The notes below the pieces were generated by a model. That model ran no database searches, had not been told where the DNA came from, and saw only the letters and a program-made list of their open reading frames with translations. The translations under genes and the position numbers were made by a program. A DNA stretch of 64,000 nt from an uncultured Candidatus Saccharibacteria bacterium (GTDB lineage: Bacteria; Patescibacteriota; Minisyncoccia; Phycocordibacterales; UBA2100): the NCBI GenBank assembly GCA_964633425.1, contig CAZWFX010000006.1:4955-68954 (forward strand). The letters are read 5' to 3'. Below, piece by piece: positions 16,364 through 24,411 of this stretch (position 1 is its first letter; the number at the start of each line of letters is the position of its first letter).

Positions 16364-17602
16364 ATGCTGCGCTCCATCGCATCCTCGCTCGGATTGCTTT
16401 CGCTCTATCATCTGTGCCTCGCCTACCTCGGTGCGTTCCTGTACAGCTTCCCGTCGGACCGGATGGTGGTTATCGCGGTAACGGGTACGAAGGGAAAATC
16501 GAGTACAACGGAGATGATCGCAGCGATTCTTGACGAAGCGGGCTACAAAACCGCCCTCCTCAATTCGATCCGAATCAAAGTCGGCGATGAGTCGGTGCCG
16601 AACGAAATGCGCATGTCGATGCCGGGACGAATGTACATTCAGCGATTCCTCTCTCGCGCACTGCGCGCCGGCTGTACGGCAGTCGTACTTGAAATGACTT
16701 CCGAAGGTGCTCGGCAGCACCGACACCGCGCAATCTCGCTCGATGCCCTCGTGTTCACCAACTTGGCCCCGGAGCACATCGAATCGCACGGTTCGTATGA
16801 GTCGTACGCCGACGCGAAGTTCATGCTCGGCGAAGCCTTGGTGCGGTCAAAAAAACGCCCGCGCATCATGATTGCGAATGCGGACGACGCACAAGGCGCG
16901 CGCTACCTTGCCCTCCCCGTGGAGATTCCGATCGGTTTTGCTCTCAAGAACTTTATTCCCTACGAATCAAACGACCGGAGCGGATACTTTACGCTCGATC
17001 ATGTGCGCGTACCCGTTGCACAGCCCGGTGATTTTTCCCTGCAGAACGGGCTCGGGGCCGCGCTCGTTACACGAACCCTCGGCGTCCCCGCGCAAACGAT
17101 CGCGACCGCGCTCGGTACATTGCACACCATACAAGGCCGCGCCGAACGTATCGAAGCCGGGCAAGACTTCACCGTGATCGTCGACTACGCACACACGCCG
17201 GACTCGCTCGAAGCACTCTACAAAGCGTTTCCGATGCGAAAAGTCTGCGTACTCGGATCGACCGGTGGCGGACGCGACACGTGGAAGCGTCCGGTGATGG
17301 GTGGGAAAGCGGATGAATACTGCGACTACGTGATACTCACCAATGAAGACCCGTACGACGAAGACCCGGGCGCAATCGTGAGCGCACTTGCAGCAGGTAT
17401 GAAAAAGAAACCGGAAATCATTATGGATAGACGTGCCGCGATCGCAAAAGCACTCTCGCTTGCGCAACCCGGGGATGCGGTGCTCATTACCGGCAAAGGG
17501 ACTGATCCGAATATCGCCGGACCGAACGGTACAAAGACACCCTGGAGCGATGCGGCAGTAGCACGTGAAGAGATCCAGAAACTCGCGTCACGCTCGGTAT
17601 AA
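16364..17602 (+). CDS. Mur ligase family protein (MurE-like, lacking the N-terminal domain)
   Basis: VIAVTGTKGKSSTTEMI P-loop, EMTSEGARQHR, FTNLAPEHIESHGSYESYADAKF. Confidence 0.65.
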   Translation: MLRSIASSLGLLSLYHLCLAYLGAFLYSFPSDRMVVIAVTGTKGKSSTTEMIAAILDEAGYKTALLNSIRIKVGDESVPNEMRMSMPGRMYIQRFLSRALRAGCTAVVLEMTSEGARQHRHRAISLDALVFTNLAPEHIESHGSYESYADAKFMLGEALVRSKKRPRIMIANADDAQGARYLALPVEIPIGFALKNFIPYESNDRSGYFTLDHVRVPVAQPGDFSLQNGLGAALVTRTLGVPAQTIATALGTLHTIQGRAERIEAGQDFTVIVDYAHTPDSLEALYKAFPMRKVCVLGSTGGGRDTWKRPVMGGKADEYCDYVILTNEDPYDEDPGAIVSALAAGMKKKPEIIMDRRAAIAKALSLAQPGDAVLITGKGTDPNIAGPNGTKTPWSDAAVAREEIQKLASRSV

Positions 17603-17609
17603 TACGTTC

Positions 17610-18572
17610 ATGGTCCTTTCGATCCTGAAGTGGGTAGCGATCGCGATGGTCTTGTCACTCTTTGCGCTGTGGTTATGGCAGGGAGGCTATTGGAAAATCG
17701 CGAACTACGCACAGATCATTCCGAATCCGCTCGACGCAACATCAACGAGCGGAGGCTTGTATCAACTACCGGGGCAACCTGATTTTTTTACAATCGACGA
17801 CACAACGTCCGCTCCGGATGAAATGGAGTACGGGGCGGCTGACTACGGCAACGCGAGTGACGCGCTCTACCAGGGCGGTACGTATGATCCGAACGCGACA
17901 CGTTCACCCTATGCTGGATTCATCGAGCTGCAGATCGGCGGCGCTGATCGACCGGACGTGAACGGCGAGTATGTGGTGATCCGCGCGTCCGACTTCGTGA
18001 CACTCCCCATCCCTGTTTCCGGTTGGTCCCTGAAAAGCGCATACACGGGTCGTCGTGCGATCGTACCGCTCGCAGCGTCGCCCTTTTACCAGGGAGTCGT
18101 GAATACTGTTGAGCCTATCGAGCTCTCATCCGGTGAAAGCGTGATCCTTTCAACAGGGGTATCCCCCGTCGGCGTGTCGTTCCGCGAAACTGTTTGTACC
18201 GGATACCTCGGCCAAACACAGCAGTTCTCGCCCGCTCTCTCGAACAGCTGCCCGCGTCCGACCGATCTGATGCCGCGCTCGAACGAAAATGCGGCACGGT
18301 ACGGCGCACGTTGCCTCGACTATGTAGAACGTCTGCCGCAATGCAGTTTCCCGACTATCTTTCCGAGCGATCTGAGCGATGCATGCCGAAGCTTTCTGAC
18401 GACCGCATTTACGTACAACGGATGCACGCAGGTATACGGCTCGCGGAGCGGCAGCGCCATGAGCACATGGCGCGCCTATTACGCTTCGGGCGAAGAACTG
18501 TGGCAGAACGAGCACGATTCGATCGTGCTCACCGACGAACAAGGTCGTACGGTCGCATCTGTCAGTTACTGA
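17610..18572 (+). CDS. secreted protein with lamin-tail-like (LTD) domain and Cys-rich C-terminus
   Basis: N-terminal TM. GFIELQIGG..NGEYVVIRAS..VSGWSLKS resembles the LTD pattern. ATG 17610 lies 6 nt after a perfect TATAAT. Confidence 0.5.
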   Translation: MVLSILKWVAIAMVLSLFALWLWQGGYWKIANYAQIIPNPLDATSTSGGLYQLPGQPDFFTIDDTTSAPDEMEYGAADYGNASDALYQGGTYDPNATRSPYAGFIELQIGGADRPDVNGEYVVIRASDFVTLPIPVSGWSLKSAYTGRRAIVPLAASPFYQGVVNTVEPIELSSGESVILSTGVSPVGVSFRETVCTGYLGQTQQFSPALSNSCPRPTDLMPRSNENAARYGARCLDYVERLPQCSFPTIFPSDLSDACRSFLTTAFTYNGCTQVYGSRSGSAMSTWRAYYASGEELWQNEHDSIVLTDEQGRTVASVSY

Positions 18573-19045
18573 GCGATCGTTCCGAACAGAGCCACTCCTG
18601 CTGCGACAGATACGTTCAGTGATTCCTTAGAGCCATACATGGGGATTTCGATGAGCGTGTCACACGCTGCACAAAGCGCCGGAGAAAGGCCGCGCACTTC
18701 GTTGCCGAACAGATAGAGTGTTGTGCCGGTCCTTTTGAATACTCGGTAGTCGATTGAGCGCGCGTGCTGCTCGACGCCCACCACATGCACACCGTCGGCC
18801 TTGAGACGCTTGATCACAGGCATCGGTGTTTTTACATACCGCCACGGAATGGAGTGTTCCGCACCGAGAGCGGTCTTTGCAATATCTTTCTGCGGACGGC
18901 CGAATCGGTCTACCGGAGACGGTGTGTAGCCGGAGAGAATGATCTCGCTCACCCCCGCACCGTCTGCAGTCCGGAAAATTGAACCGACATTATGTGCGCT
19001 ACGAATATTGTGAAGGAGAACGATGCGTTTTTGCATACGAGACAT
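18566..19045 (-). CDS. TrmH/SpoU-family RNA 2'-O-methyltransferase
   Basis: HNIRSAHNVGSIFRTADGAGV..LFGNEVRGLS..IEIPMYGSKESLNVSVAAGVALF. Start uncertain (19045 or 19036; track 19144). Confidence 0.75.
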   Translation of the reverse strand: MSRMQKRIVLLHNIRSAHNVGSIFRTADGAGVSEIILSGYTPSPVDRFGRPQKDIAKTALGAEHSIPWRYVKTPMPVIKRLKADGVHVVGVEQHARSIDYRVFKRTGTTLYLFGNEVRGLSPALCAACDTLIEIPMYGSKESLNVSVAAGVALFGTIAQ

Positions 19046-19067
19046 CGCGCACTGTATACTAAACGCC

Positions 19068-19412
19068 ATGCTTAGTCTCCTGCCGCAGATCCTGTTCCTC
19101 GGAACACTTGCGCCGTCGGTCATTCGACTGACACTTGCCGGCATGCTCGCCTACAGCGCCTGGAAGAACGCTTCGCGCGGTGCGATCGATGTGCGCGCAT
19201 TCTCGTTGTTCGAGACTGCGGTCGCGGCATCGCTTGTACTTGGTGCATGGACGCAACTCTTTGCGATGGTGGGATCGCTTATACTTGCGCTGTCCCTCTA
19301 CCTGCCGCAATTCCGCGTATGGCCGCGCTCGTCCGTCGCACTTATGCTCGTCATGATGCTCACGCTCATCGTGACCGGACCGGGCGCGTTTGCGTTCGAC
19401 CTTCCTCTCTAA
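19068..19412 (+). CDS. small 4-TM membrane protein (DoxX-like topology)
   Basis: ATG 19068 lies 7 nt after TATACT. Hydrophobic throughout. Confidence 0.45.
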   Translation: MLSLLPQILFLGTLAPSVIRLTLAGMLAYSAWKNASRGAIDVRAFSLFETAVAASLVLGAWTQLFAMVGSLILALSLYLPQFRVWPRSSVALMLVMMLTLIVTGPGAFAFDLPL

Positions 19413-19415
19413 CCT

Positions 19416-19799
19416 ATGGATGAACGTGAACCCATCGGAAGCGGACTCGCGTTCGCGCTTATCGCATTCGGCATAATGATCGATCTCGTACAGCTCCTAC
19501 TCACCTTTTTGATGGTGGGATTTGTACTCAATCCGGTACTCGACCTGTTCGCAATGGGAGTTTTTTGGATCATGCTCTATCATCACGGTCAAAAAGTGCT
19601 CTCGCGCCGCGGTATGTCGTTCGGTTTTTCTGCCCTCATTGAACTGATACCCGGTCTCGATGCGATACCGGTGTGGACCGTCTTTGCGATCTACACCGTG
19701 GTGAAAGACCATTCGGAAGCACTGAGTGAAGGTATGGAGGACGACCCGGATAACAACCCGGGGCCCCCGACGAGGAGCACGTGGTCGAGGGTCTTATAG
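19416..19799 (+). CDS. hypothetical membrane protein
   Basis: 127 aa with 3-4 TM. Starts 3 nt after the previous stop. Confidence 0.45.
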   Translation: MDEREPIGSGLAFALIAFGIMIDLVQLLLTFLMVGFVLNPVLDLFAMGVFWIMLYHHGQKVLSRRGMSFGFSALIELIPGLDAIPVWTVFAIYTVVKDHSEALSEGMEDDPDNNPGPPTRSTWSRVL

Positions 19800-19847
19800 G
19801 TGAATCGTGGCGAGTGCGCCGATTGGGTGGTATAAATCACATCACTT

Positions 19848-19923
19848 GCGCTCATAGCTCAGTTGGTAGAGCAGCTCCCTTTTAAGGAGACGGTCCCAGG
19901 TTCAAATCCTGGTGGGCGCACCA
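19848..19923 (+). tRNA. tRNA-Lys (anticodon TTT), CCA encoded
   Basis: GCGCTCA..TGGGCGC acceptor, loop CTTTTAA, T arm CCAGG-TTCAAAT-CCTGG. TATAAA 11 nt upstream. Confidence 0.9.
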
Positions 19924-19927
19924 GATA

Positions 19928-20055
19928 GAAAAACAGCACCTGCGTGCTGTTTTTCTTTACTGGTGCGGGCCGGAGCGATGTCCCGCAAGCTTGCGGGACC
20001 GCGAGGCGGGGCCTGCGACCAAAACTTTGCGACGGCAAAGTTTTGAGTTGTGGGC
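19928..20055. repeat. structured intergenic element, copy A (terminator-like hairpin + two covarying hairpins + conserved linkers)
   Basis: See findings. Collinear with 62661-62786. Confidence 0.7.
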
Positions 20056-20210
20056 CACGTGTGCGAGCTGGAGGCGCGGCGACCGCGAGTCGGGGTCGCG
20101 GAATTTCGAGGCCGACGGGCCGAGAAATATCTGTGACACATGTTTATTACCCCGATAAACACCCCTCGCCTTTCCCTACCCGAGTGATACCGTCTCCGTG
20201 GAACCACTCA

Positions 20211-20876
20211 ATGGAGGCCCGCATGCCGGCCAACTTTCCGAGCTTTGATGTATACCGCTCGCTCTATCGCAGGAATTACCACGGTCGCAGTATCGATGAG
20301 TTTTTCGAGTTATCCGGCTCGCTTGTCGGTCGTACGGTGCTGGATTTGTGCGGCGGAGACGGCAGTCTCTCGCAAAAGGCGCTGAAGTTCGGTGCCTCGC
20401 GAGTGGCGCTCGTCGACGAACAAGAGGCTATGATCCCGCCCGAGGTGGAGGCAAATCCGAATATCGACGTCCACATCTCGAGTGCGGAAGCGTTTCTCTC
20501 CGGCACCAAGGCGGGAGGCTTCGATCGGATTTTCTGCCGTCAGGCGATGAACTACTGGTTTAACGAGCGGAGTGCAGCACGGCTTGCACACGCGCTCTCG
20601 CTCGACGGCGTGCTCGTGTTCAACACGTTCAACCAAAAGCCGCCGGTTGAGCCGTTCGTGAATCGATACGAACTCGACGGGCGGCGGTACGTGGAGACGA
20701 GCTGGCTCGTCGACAACGACGTGCACCATGTGCAGTTGTGCGAGGGCTTCCCCGCTCACTACTCGTGGTGCCGCTGGATCGCACCCGAGGAGTATCTTCG
20801 AGCACTGTCGCCGTATTTTGATGTGCGCGTGACGTCTCACGAAAAAGCGAGCCTGTATCGGTGCACGAAGCGCTGA
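20211..20876 (+). CDS. class I SAM-dependent methyltransferase
   Basis: VLDLCGGDGSL (motif I) and D-E acidic loop. The track ORF start at 19944 runs through the noncoding repeat, so ATG 20211 or 20223 is preferred. Confidence 0.65.
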   Translation: MEARMPANFPSFDVYRSLYRRNYHGRSIDEFFELSGSLVGRTVLDLCGGDGSLSQKALKFGASRVALVDEQEAMIPPEVEANPNIDVHISSAEAFLSGTKAGGFDRIFCRQAMNYWFNERSAARLAHALSLDGVLVFNTFNQKPPVEPFVNRYELDGRRYVETSWLVDNDVHHVQLCEGFPAHYSWCRWIAPEEYLRALSPYFDVRVTSHEKASLYRCTKR

Positions 20877-20885
20877 TCAAAACAA

Positions 20886-20915
20886 AACGCCGCGCAATGC
20901 GCGGCGTTGTCTTTT
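20886..20915. terminator. bidirectional terminator
   Basis: ACGCCGCGC-AAT-GCGCGGCGT then TGTCTTTT. Shares the 15-nt core CCGCGCAATGCGCGG with the hairpin at 9963-9985. Confidence 0.6.
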
Positions 20916-20922
20916 GGGGCAA

Positions 20923-21186
20923 TCAGTCCTCACTCGGACTGTCGCTACGAACACTTCGGAAATGATCCATCGCACGCTGCATATCGGCTTCACTCGGGGG
21001 CGGCGGTCGCTCGGGCTTGAGGTCAACCACCTCGCCCTCGGCGAGCAGCTTCACGCCTTTCTTCTCACAGCATTCGATGCAGGTGATCGACTGAATCGAC
21101 TGGTGCGGCGTTCCCCACGACGTCACGTCAACGACGAACGCACGCTCACACAGTCCGCATGAGAGCCGCAACTGATAGTGCTGCAT
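20923..21186 (-). CDS. small Cys-containing protein (CxxC..CxxCC, zinc-ribbon-like)
   Basis: 87 aa. Start is 5 nt after the upstream stop (translational coupling). Confidence 0.45.
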   Translation of the reverse strand: MQHYQLRLSCGLCERAFVVDVTSWGTPHQSIQSITCIECCEKKGVKLLAEGEVVDLKPERPPPPSEADMQRAMDHFRSVRSDSPSED

Positions 21187-21191
21187 CGCGA

Positions 21192-21374
21192 CTACCAGAT
21201 CTCGCGGTGACGGCCGGCGCCGATGTAATTCGCGTCGGTGATTTTCTTGGGAACCGTTCCGTCAGCCGACGGGATGTCGATTTTTTCTCCCTCGCCCATC
21301 TGCGCGATCTGATGTTTGATCGCAGCGGTCGACGGCGGCGGTATGACACGGCCGAAACGCTTGGTCTCTTTCAT
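21192..21374 (-). CDS. small hypothetical protein (60 aa)
   Basis: GAGGAG 6 nt upstream of the ATG. Confidence 0.5.
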   Translation of the reverse strand: MKETKRFGRVIPPPSTAAIKHQIAQMGEGEKIDIPSADGTVPKKITDANYIGAGRHREIW

Positions 21375-21436
21375 CGGTCTCTCCTCTTGTTTCCGATATC
21401 ACCCTACCCACGTACGCAGCATGCGTCAACGATTGC

Positions 21437-22204
21437 CTAATACGCCTCGCTCGCGTCCCATAGACCCTCGAAAAGGGCCTCGAACATGCCGTTGAGCTCC
21501 TGAGAGGTAATAAGAATGGCCGACGGCTTATCGAACGACGAAAAGATAGCGATCTTGTCGTCGAACAGGAACATCATGGATTTGAATTTCCCGTGCATAA
21601 CCCACGGCATGAGTCTCGGATTTCGCTCGTGACGCTCCTCGTCGGTGAGTGTGCGACTGGTACGCATACCGTCCTCCCACAAGGTGCGCGATGTGATGCC
21701 GTAGTGCTTTCGTGCGCGCAGGTAGCGGTCGGCGTACTCACGGTCGTACTCACGTAAAAAGTTCTGATACGGGGCGATGATGTCCCATTTCTTTGATTTA
21801 CAGTAAAAGGCTATGTCCATCACGAGCTTCATGCCGTCGATACCGCTGTACTGCACAACGCTCGCCCCGTCGCCGTCGGGTTTTATTTGCGAGACAAGCA
21901 ACGGGATAAGTTCCTCGAGCTTCTTTGATCGAGCTTCCAGTTCCTGACGCTGCTCTTCGACGAGTCCGCGGATGGTATCGGGCGGACACATTGAATACCT
22001 GATTTTCCCGCCTTTCTTTCGCTCGGATACAAGCCCCTTCTCGGTCAGCGTCCCGATCGCGTGATAAATAGTCGGTCGCTTAATCTTTGTCTTGTGTCCG
22101 ATCTCCTGCACGGTAAGCGCATCGGATGCGAGCCCCGCGAGATAGATCTTTGCCTCGGTGCGCGTGAGACCAAGACCAATAAGCGCGTCCTCAGTTTCGC
22201 TCAT
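21437..22204 (-). CDS. TrmB-family transcriptional regulator
   Basis: N-terminal wHTH LGLTRTEAKIYLAGL..LTVQEIGHKTKIKRPTIYHAIGTLTEKGLV. Promoter TTGACA-16-TATTGT-6-ATG. Confidence 0.7.
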   Translation of the reverse strand: MSETEDALIGLGLTRTEAKIYLAGLASDALTVQEIGHKTKIKRPTIYHAIGTLTEKGLVSERKKGGKIRYSMCPPDTIRGLVEEQRQELEARSKKLEELIPLLVSQIKPDGDGASVVQYSGIDGMKLVMDIAFYCKSKKWDIIAPYQNFLREYDREYADRYLRARKHYGITSRTLWEDGMRTSRTLTDEERHERNPRLMPWVMHGKFKSMMFLFDDKIAIFSSFDKPSAILITSQELNGMFEALFEGLWDASEAY

Positions 22205-22378
22205 AGGGGCACAATACGCGCGAGCGCCGTTATGTCAACGTGCTTTTAAACATTATTAGTCATGTTTTGAGCCAATTATTACTCTGTGTTCATCACGATT
22301 ATAAACAACCATTGGCAATTCTCTCCTACGCAATACGCTTACCAAAAGAGATCTTTGACAGCAAGAACTACGGTCTGT

Positions 22379-22493
22379 GCCTTGGTAGCTCAGTGGTAGA
22401 GCGTCGGAATTACACCTGCGAATCTGAAGTAGGTTGTGTAGCCGAAAAAGAGACGCAGTCCGAAGGTCAGGGGTTCGATCCCTCTCCAAGGTG
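22379..22493 (+). tRNA. tRNA-Val(TAC)-like gene interrupted by a 43-nt insertion (22416-22458) 3' of the anticodon loop
   Basis: Removing 22416-22458 leaves a 72-nt cloverleaf. It has acceptor GCCTTGG/CCAAGGT (G1.U72), D arm GCTC-AGTGGTA-GAGC, anticodon stem TCGGA/TCCGA with loop ATTACAC, variable AGGTC, and T arm AGGGG-TTCGATC-CCTCT. Confidence 0.55.
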
Positions 22494-22526
22494 CCCATCT
22501 TCTCTACAACCATGAAAGGAACAGCT

Positions 22527-23789
22527 ATGACCAACAAAGTCGTACATGTTATCGGCGGAGGCACTCGCGCTCGCATCGAGATTGACTCGCACGTCTACGT
22601 CGAGCTGGGTTCGAAGGCAACGGGCCCGACCGCACGAAGAATCGCGGAGCTCTGTCGCGAACACAACACCACCATGGACGTCCGGCTCCACCTCACGAAT
22701 ATGGCGGATCCGCAGAGCGGGATCGACACGAATGCCGACCTGAAGGAATTCGTACAGAGTCTCACCCGCGACATGACGACGAAGATCGTCTTTATGAACG
22801 CCGCGGTGCTCGACTTCGACCCGAGTTTTCCGAACGCAGTTGTCGGCAAAGAAGCCGGCCGACTGCGCACTTCGGACAATTCCGGCAAGCCGATCGAATA
22901 CGACTACACACTGCACCTCTCACCGAGCGAAAAGATCGTGCGACTCATCCGCGCCGAGCGGAAAGACATCTTTCTGGTGGCGTTCAAGCAGACCGACGGT
23001 GCAAGCACCGACGAGCAGTACCGTCTCGGACTGAACATGCTGAAGGCGGCGAGCGCGAACCTCGTACTCGCGAACGATCGCGCATCGAGGGCCAACATGA
23101 TCATCGTGCCGGAGGAAGCCGCGTACCACGTAACGACCGACCGCGAAGCGGCGCTGCGCAGTCTCGTCGAGATGGCGTACCTGCGCAGCCACCTCACATT
23201 CACTCGCTCAACGGTCGTTTCCGGCGAACCTGTTCCCTGGGAGTCAGACATCGTTCCGCCTGCGTTGCGTGCGGTGGTTGACCACTGTATCGATCGCGGC
23301 GCGTACAAAACGTTCCGCGGTGTGACCGCAGGTCACTTTGCGGTGAAGGTCGACGACACGACGTTCCTGACGTCGCGTCGCAAGACAGACTTCAACGACA
23401 TGAAGCGCGTCGGTCTGGTGAAGGTTCGCACCGACGGACCGGACTCCGTCATCGCCTACGGCTCGAAGCCGTCGGTCGGCGGACAGTCGCAGCGGATCGT
23501 GTTCGAAGAGCATCCGGACGCGGACTGCATCGTGCACTTCCACTGCCCCAAGAAGGCGGGTTCAGATGTGCCGACGGTTTCGCAGCGCGAGTATGAGTGC
23601 GGCAGCCACGAGTGCGGTCGCAATACGTCGCGGGGACTCCGGCGGTTCGGTAACCTGCTCGCCGTGTATCTCGACGAACACGGTCCGAATATCGTCTTCA
23701 ACAAGTCGATCGATCCGAAGGAGGTGATCGACTTCATCGAAACAAACTTCGTGCTCGAGGACAAAACGGGCGGATACGCGATCTCGTAA
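22527..23789 (+). CDS. fusion protein: CoaB/PPCS-like N-terminal domain + class II aldolase/adducin-like C-terminal domain
   Basis: N-terminal: VIGGGTRARIEID..KIVFMNAAVLDF..FLVAFKQTDG..ANLVLAND. C-terminal: GHFAVKVDDTTFLTSRR..SKPSVGGQSQRIVFEEHPDADCIVHFHCP. AAAGGA upstream of ATG 22527 (alternative 22512). Confidence 0.6.
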   Translation: MTNKVVHVIGGGTRARIEIDSHVYVELGSKATGPTARRIAELCREHNTTMDVRLHLTNMADPQSGIDTNADLKEFVQSLTRDMTTKIVFMNAAVLDFDPSFPNAVVGKEAGRLRTSDNSGKPIEYDYTLHLSPSEKIVRLIRAERKDIFLVAFKQTDGASTDEQYRLGLNMLKAASANLVLANDRASRANMIIVPEEAAYHVTTDREAALRSLVEMAYLRSHLTFTRSTVVSGEPVPWESDIVPPALRAVVDHCIDRGAYKTFRGVTAGHFAVKVDDTTFLTSRRKTDFNDMKRVGLVKVRTDGPDSVIAYGSKPSVGGQSQRIVFEEHPDADCIVHFHCPKKAGSDVPTVSQREYECGSHECGRNTSRGLRRFGNLLAVYLDEHGPNIVFNKSIDPKEVIDFIETNFVLEDKTGGYAIS

Positions 23790-23795
23790 ATATGT

Positions 23796-23830
23796 CGCCG
23801 CGGCCCACGGGCCGCGGCGTTTCTCTTTCT
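23796..23830 (+). terminator. rho-independent terminator or attenuator between the fusion gene and the MaoC gene
   Basis: CGCCGCGGCC-CACG-GGCCGCGGCG then TTTCTCTTTCT. Confidence 0.6.
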
Positions 23831-23845
23831 GAAGGAGGACATCCT

Positions 23846-24331
23846 ATGGATACCGGCCGAAAGACCATTCCGTTTACGGATCACGACGCTATCTCGAGCA
23901 TGTCGACCGGCGACACGTGGAGCACATGGAGCGAGCCGAAACTCATTACGAGCGACGCGGTCGCGGCATTCGGTGGAATCACCGATAACCATCAGTGGAT
24001 TCACGAAGATCCGACACGATGCATACGGGAAAGTCCGTACGGACGACAGATTGTCCACGGTTTATTCCTGGTAGCGCTGATCCCCTCACTCCTACCGGAC
24101 GAAGGATTCACCATAACCGGGAATCGAGTTCGCATCGTACGCGGTTTCGACCACCTGCGACTACCGTCCCCCGTATTCCCGGACGAATCCGTACGCGAAC
24201 GCATTCGACGGATGCACGCCTATCCTGCAGAAAGCGGAAAGGGCACCATAATTGAGCGCAAGGTCGAGGTGTGGGCGTTGCACGGCAAAAAACCCGCCGC
24301 ATGCGGGATCCTGAAGCTGCAATATTTTTAA
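23846..24331 (+). CDS. MaoC-like (R)-hydratase/dehydratase, hotdog fold
   Basis: FGGITDNHQWIHEDP (DxNxxHxD-type motif) and QIVHGLFL. GAAGGAGGA 6 nt upstream of ATG 23846. Confidence 0.7.
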   Translation: MDTGRKTIPFTDHDAISSMSTGDTWSTWSEPKLITSDAVAAFGGITDNHQWIHEDPTRCIRESPYGRQIVHGLFLVALIPSLLPDEGFTITGNRVRIVRGFDHLRLPSPVFPDESVRERIRRMHAYPAESGKGTIIERKVEVWALHGKKPAACGILKLQYF

Positions 24332-24335
24332 GACA

Positions 24336-24366
24336 AAGGGCGGATCACTCCGCCCTTCTTGTTTGC
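24336..24366 (+). terminator. rho-independent terminator
   Basis: GGGCGGA-TCAC-TCCGCCC then TTCTTGTTTG. Confidence 0.65.
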
Positions 24367-24411
24367 AAAACGATCACGCGGATACCAGGAAAATGATGGT
24401 AGAGTTTTTTT

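Noticed and set aside
19978-20046. Small ORFs inside the repeat (A: MSRKLAGPRGGACDQNFATAKF; B from 62711: MSPKLWRPRGGACDRVARRRDESCGRSQ) preceded by GGAG
   Set aside because: GGAG is only 2 nt from the ATG. Copy C has ATG followed immediately by TGA. The A/B differences are paired palindromic substitutions, as expected for structure and not for peptide conservation.
19944-20210. 89-aa N-terminal extension of the methyltransferase ORF
   Set aside because: It starts at a GTG inside the tRNA-Lys terminator and translates the noncoding repeat. The methyltransferase fold begins after ATG 20211.
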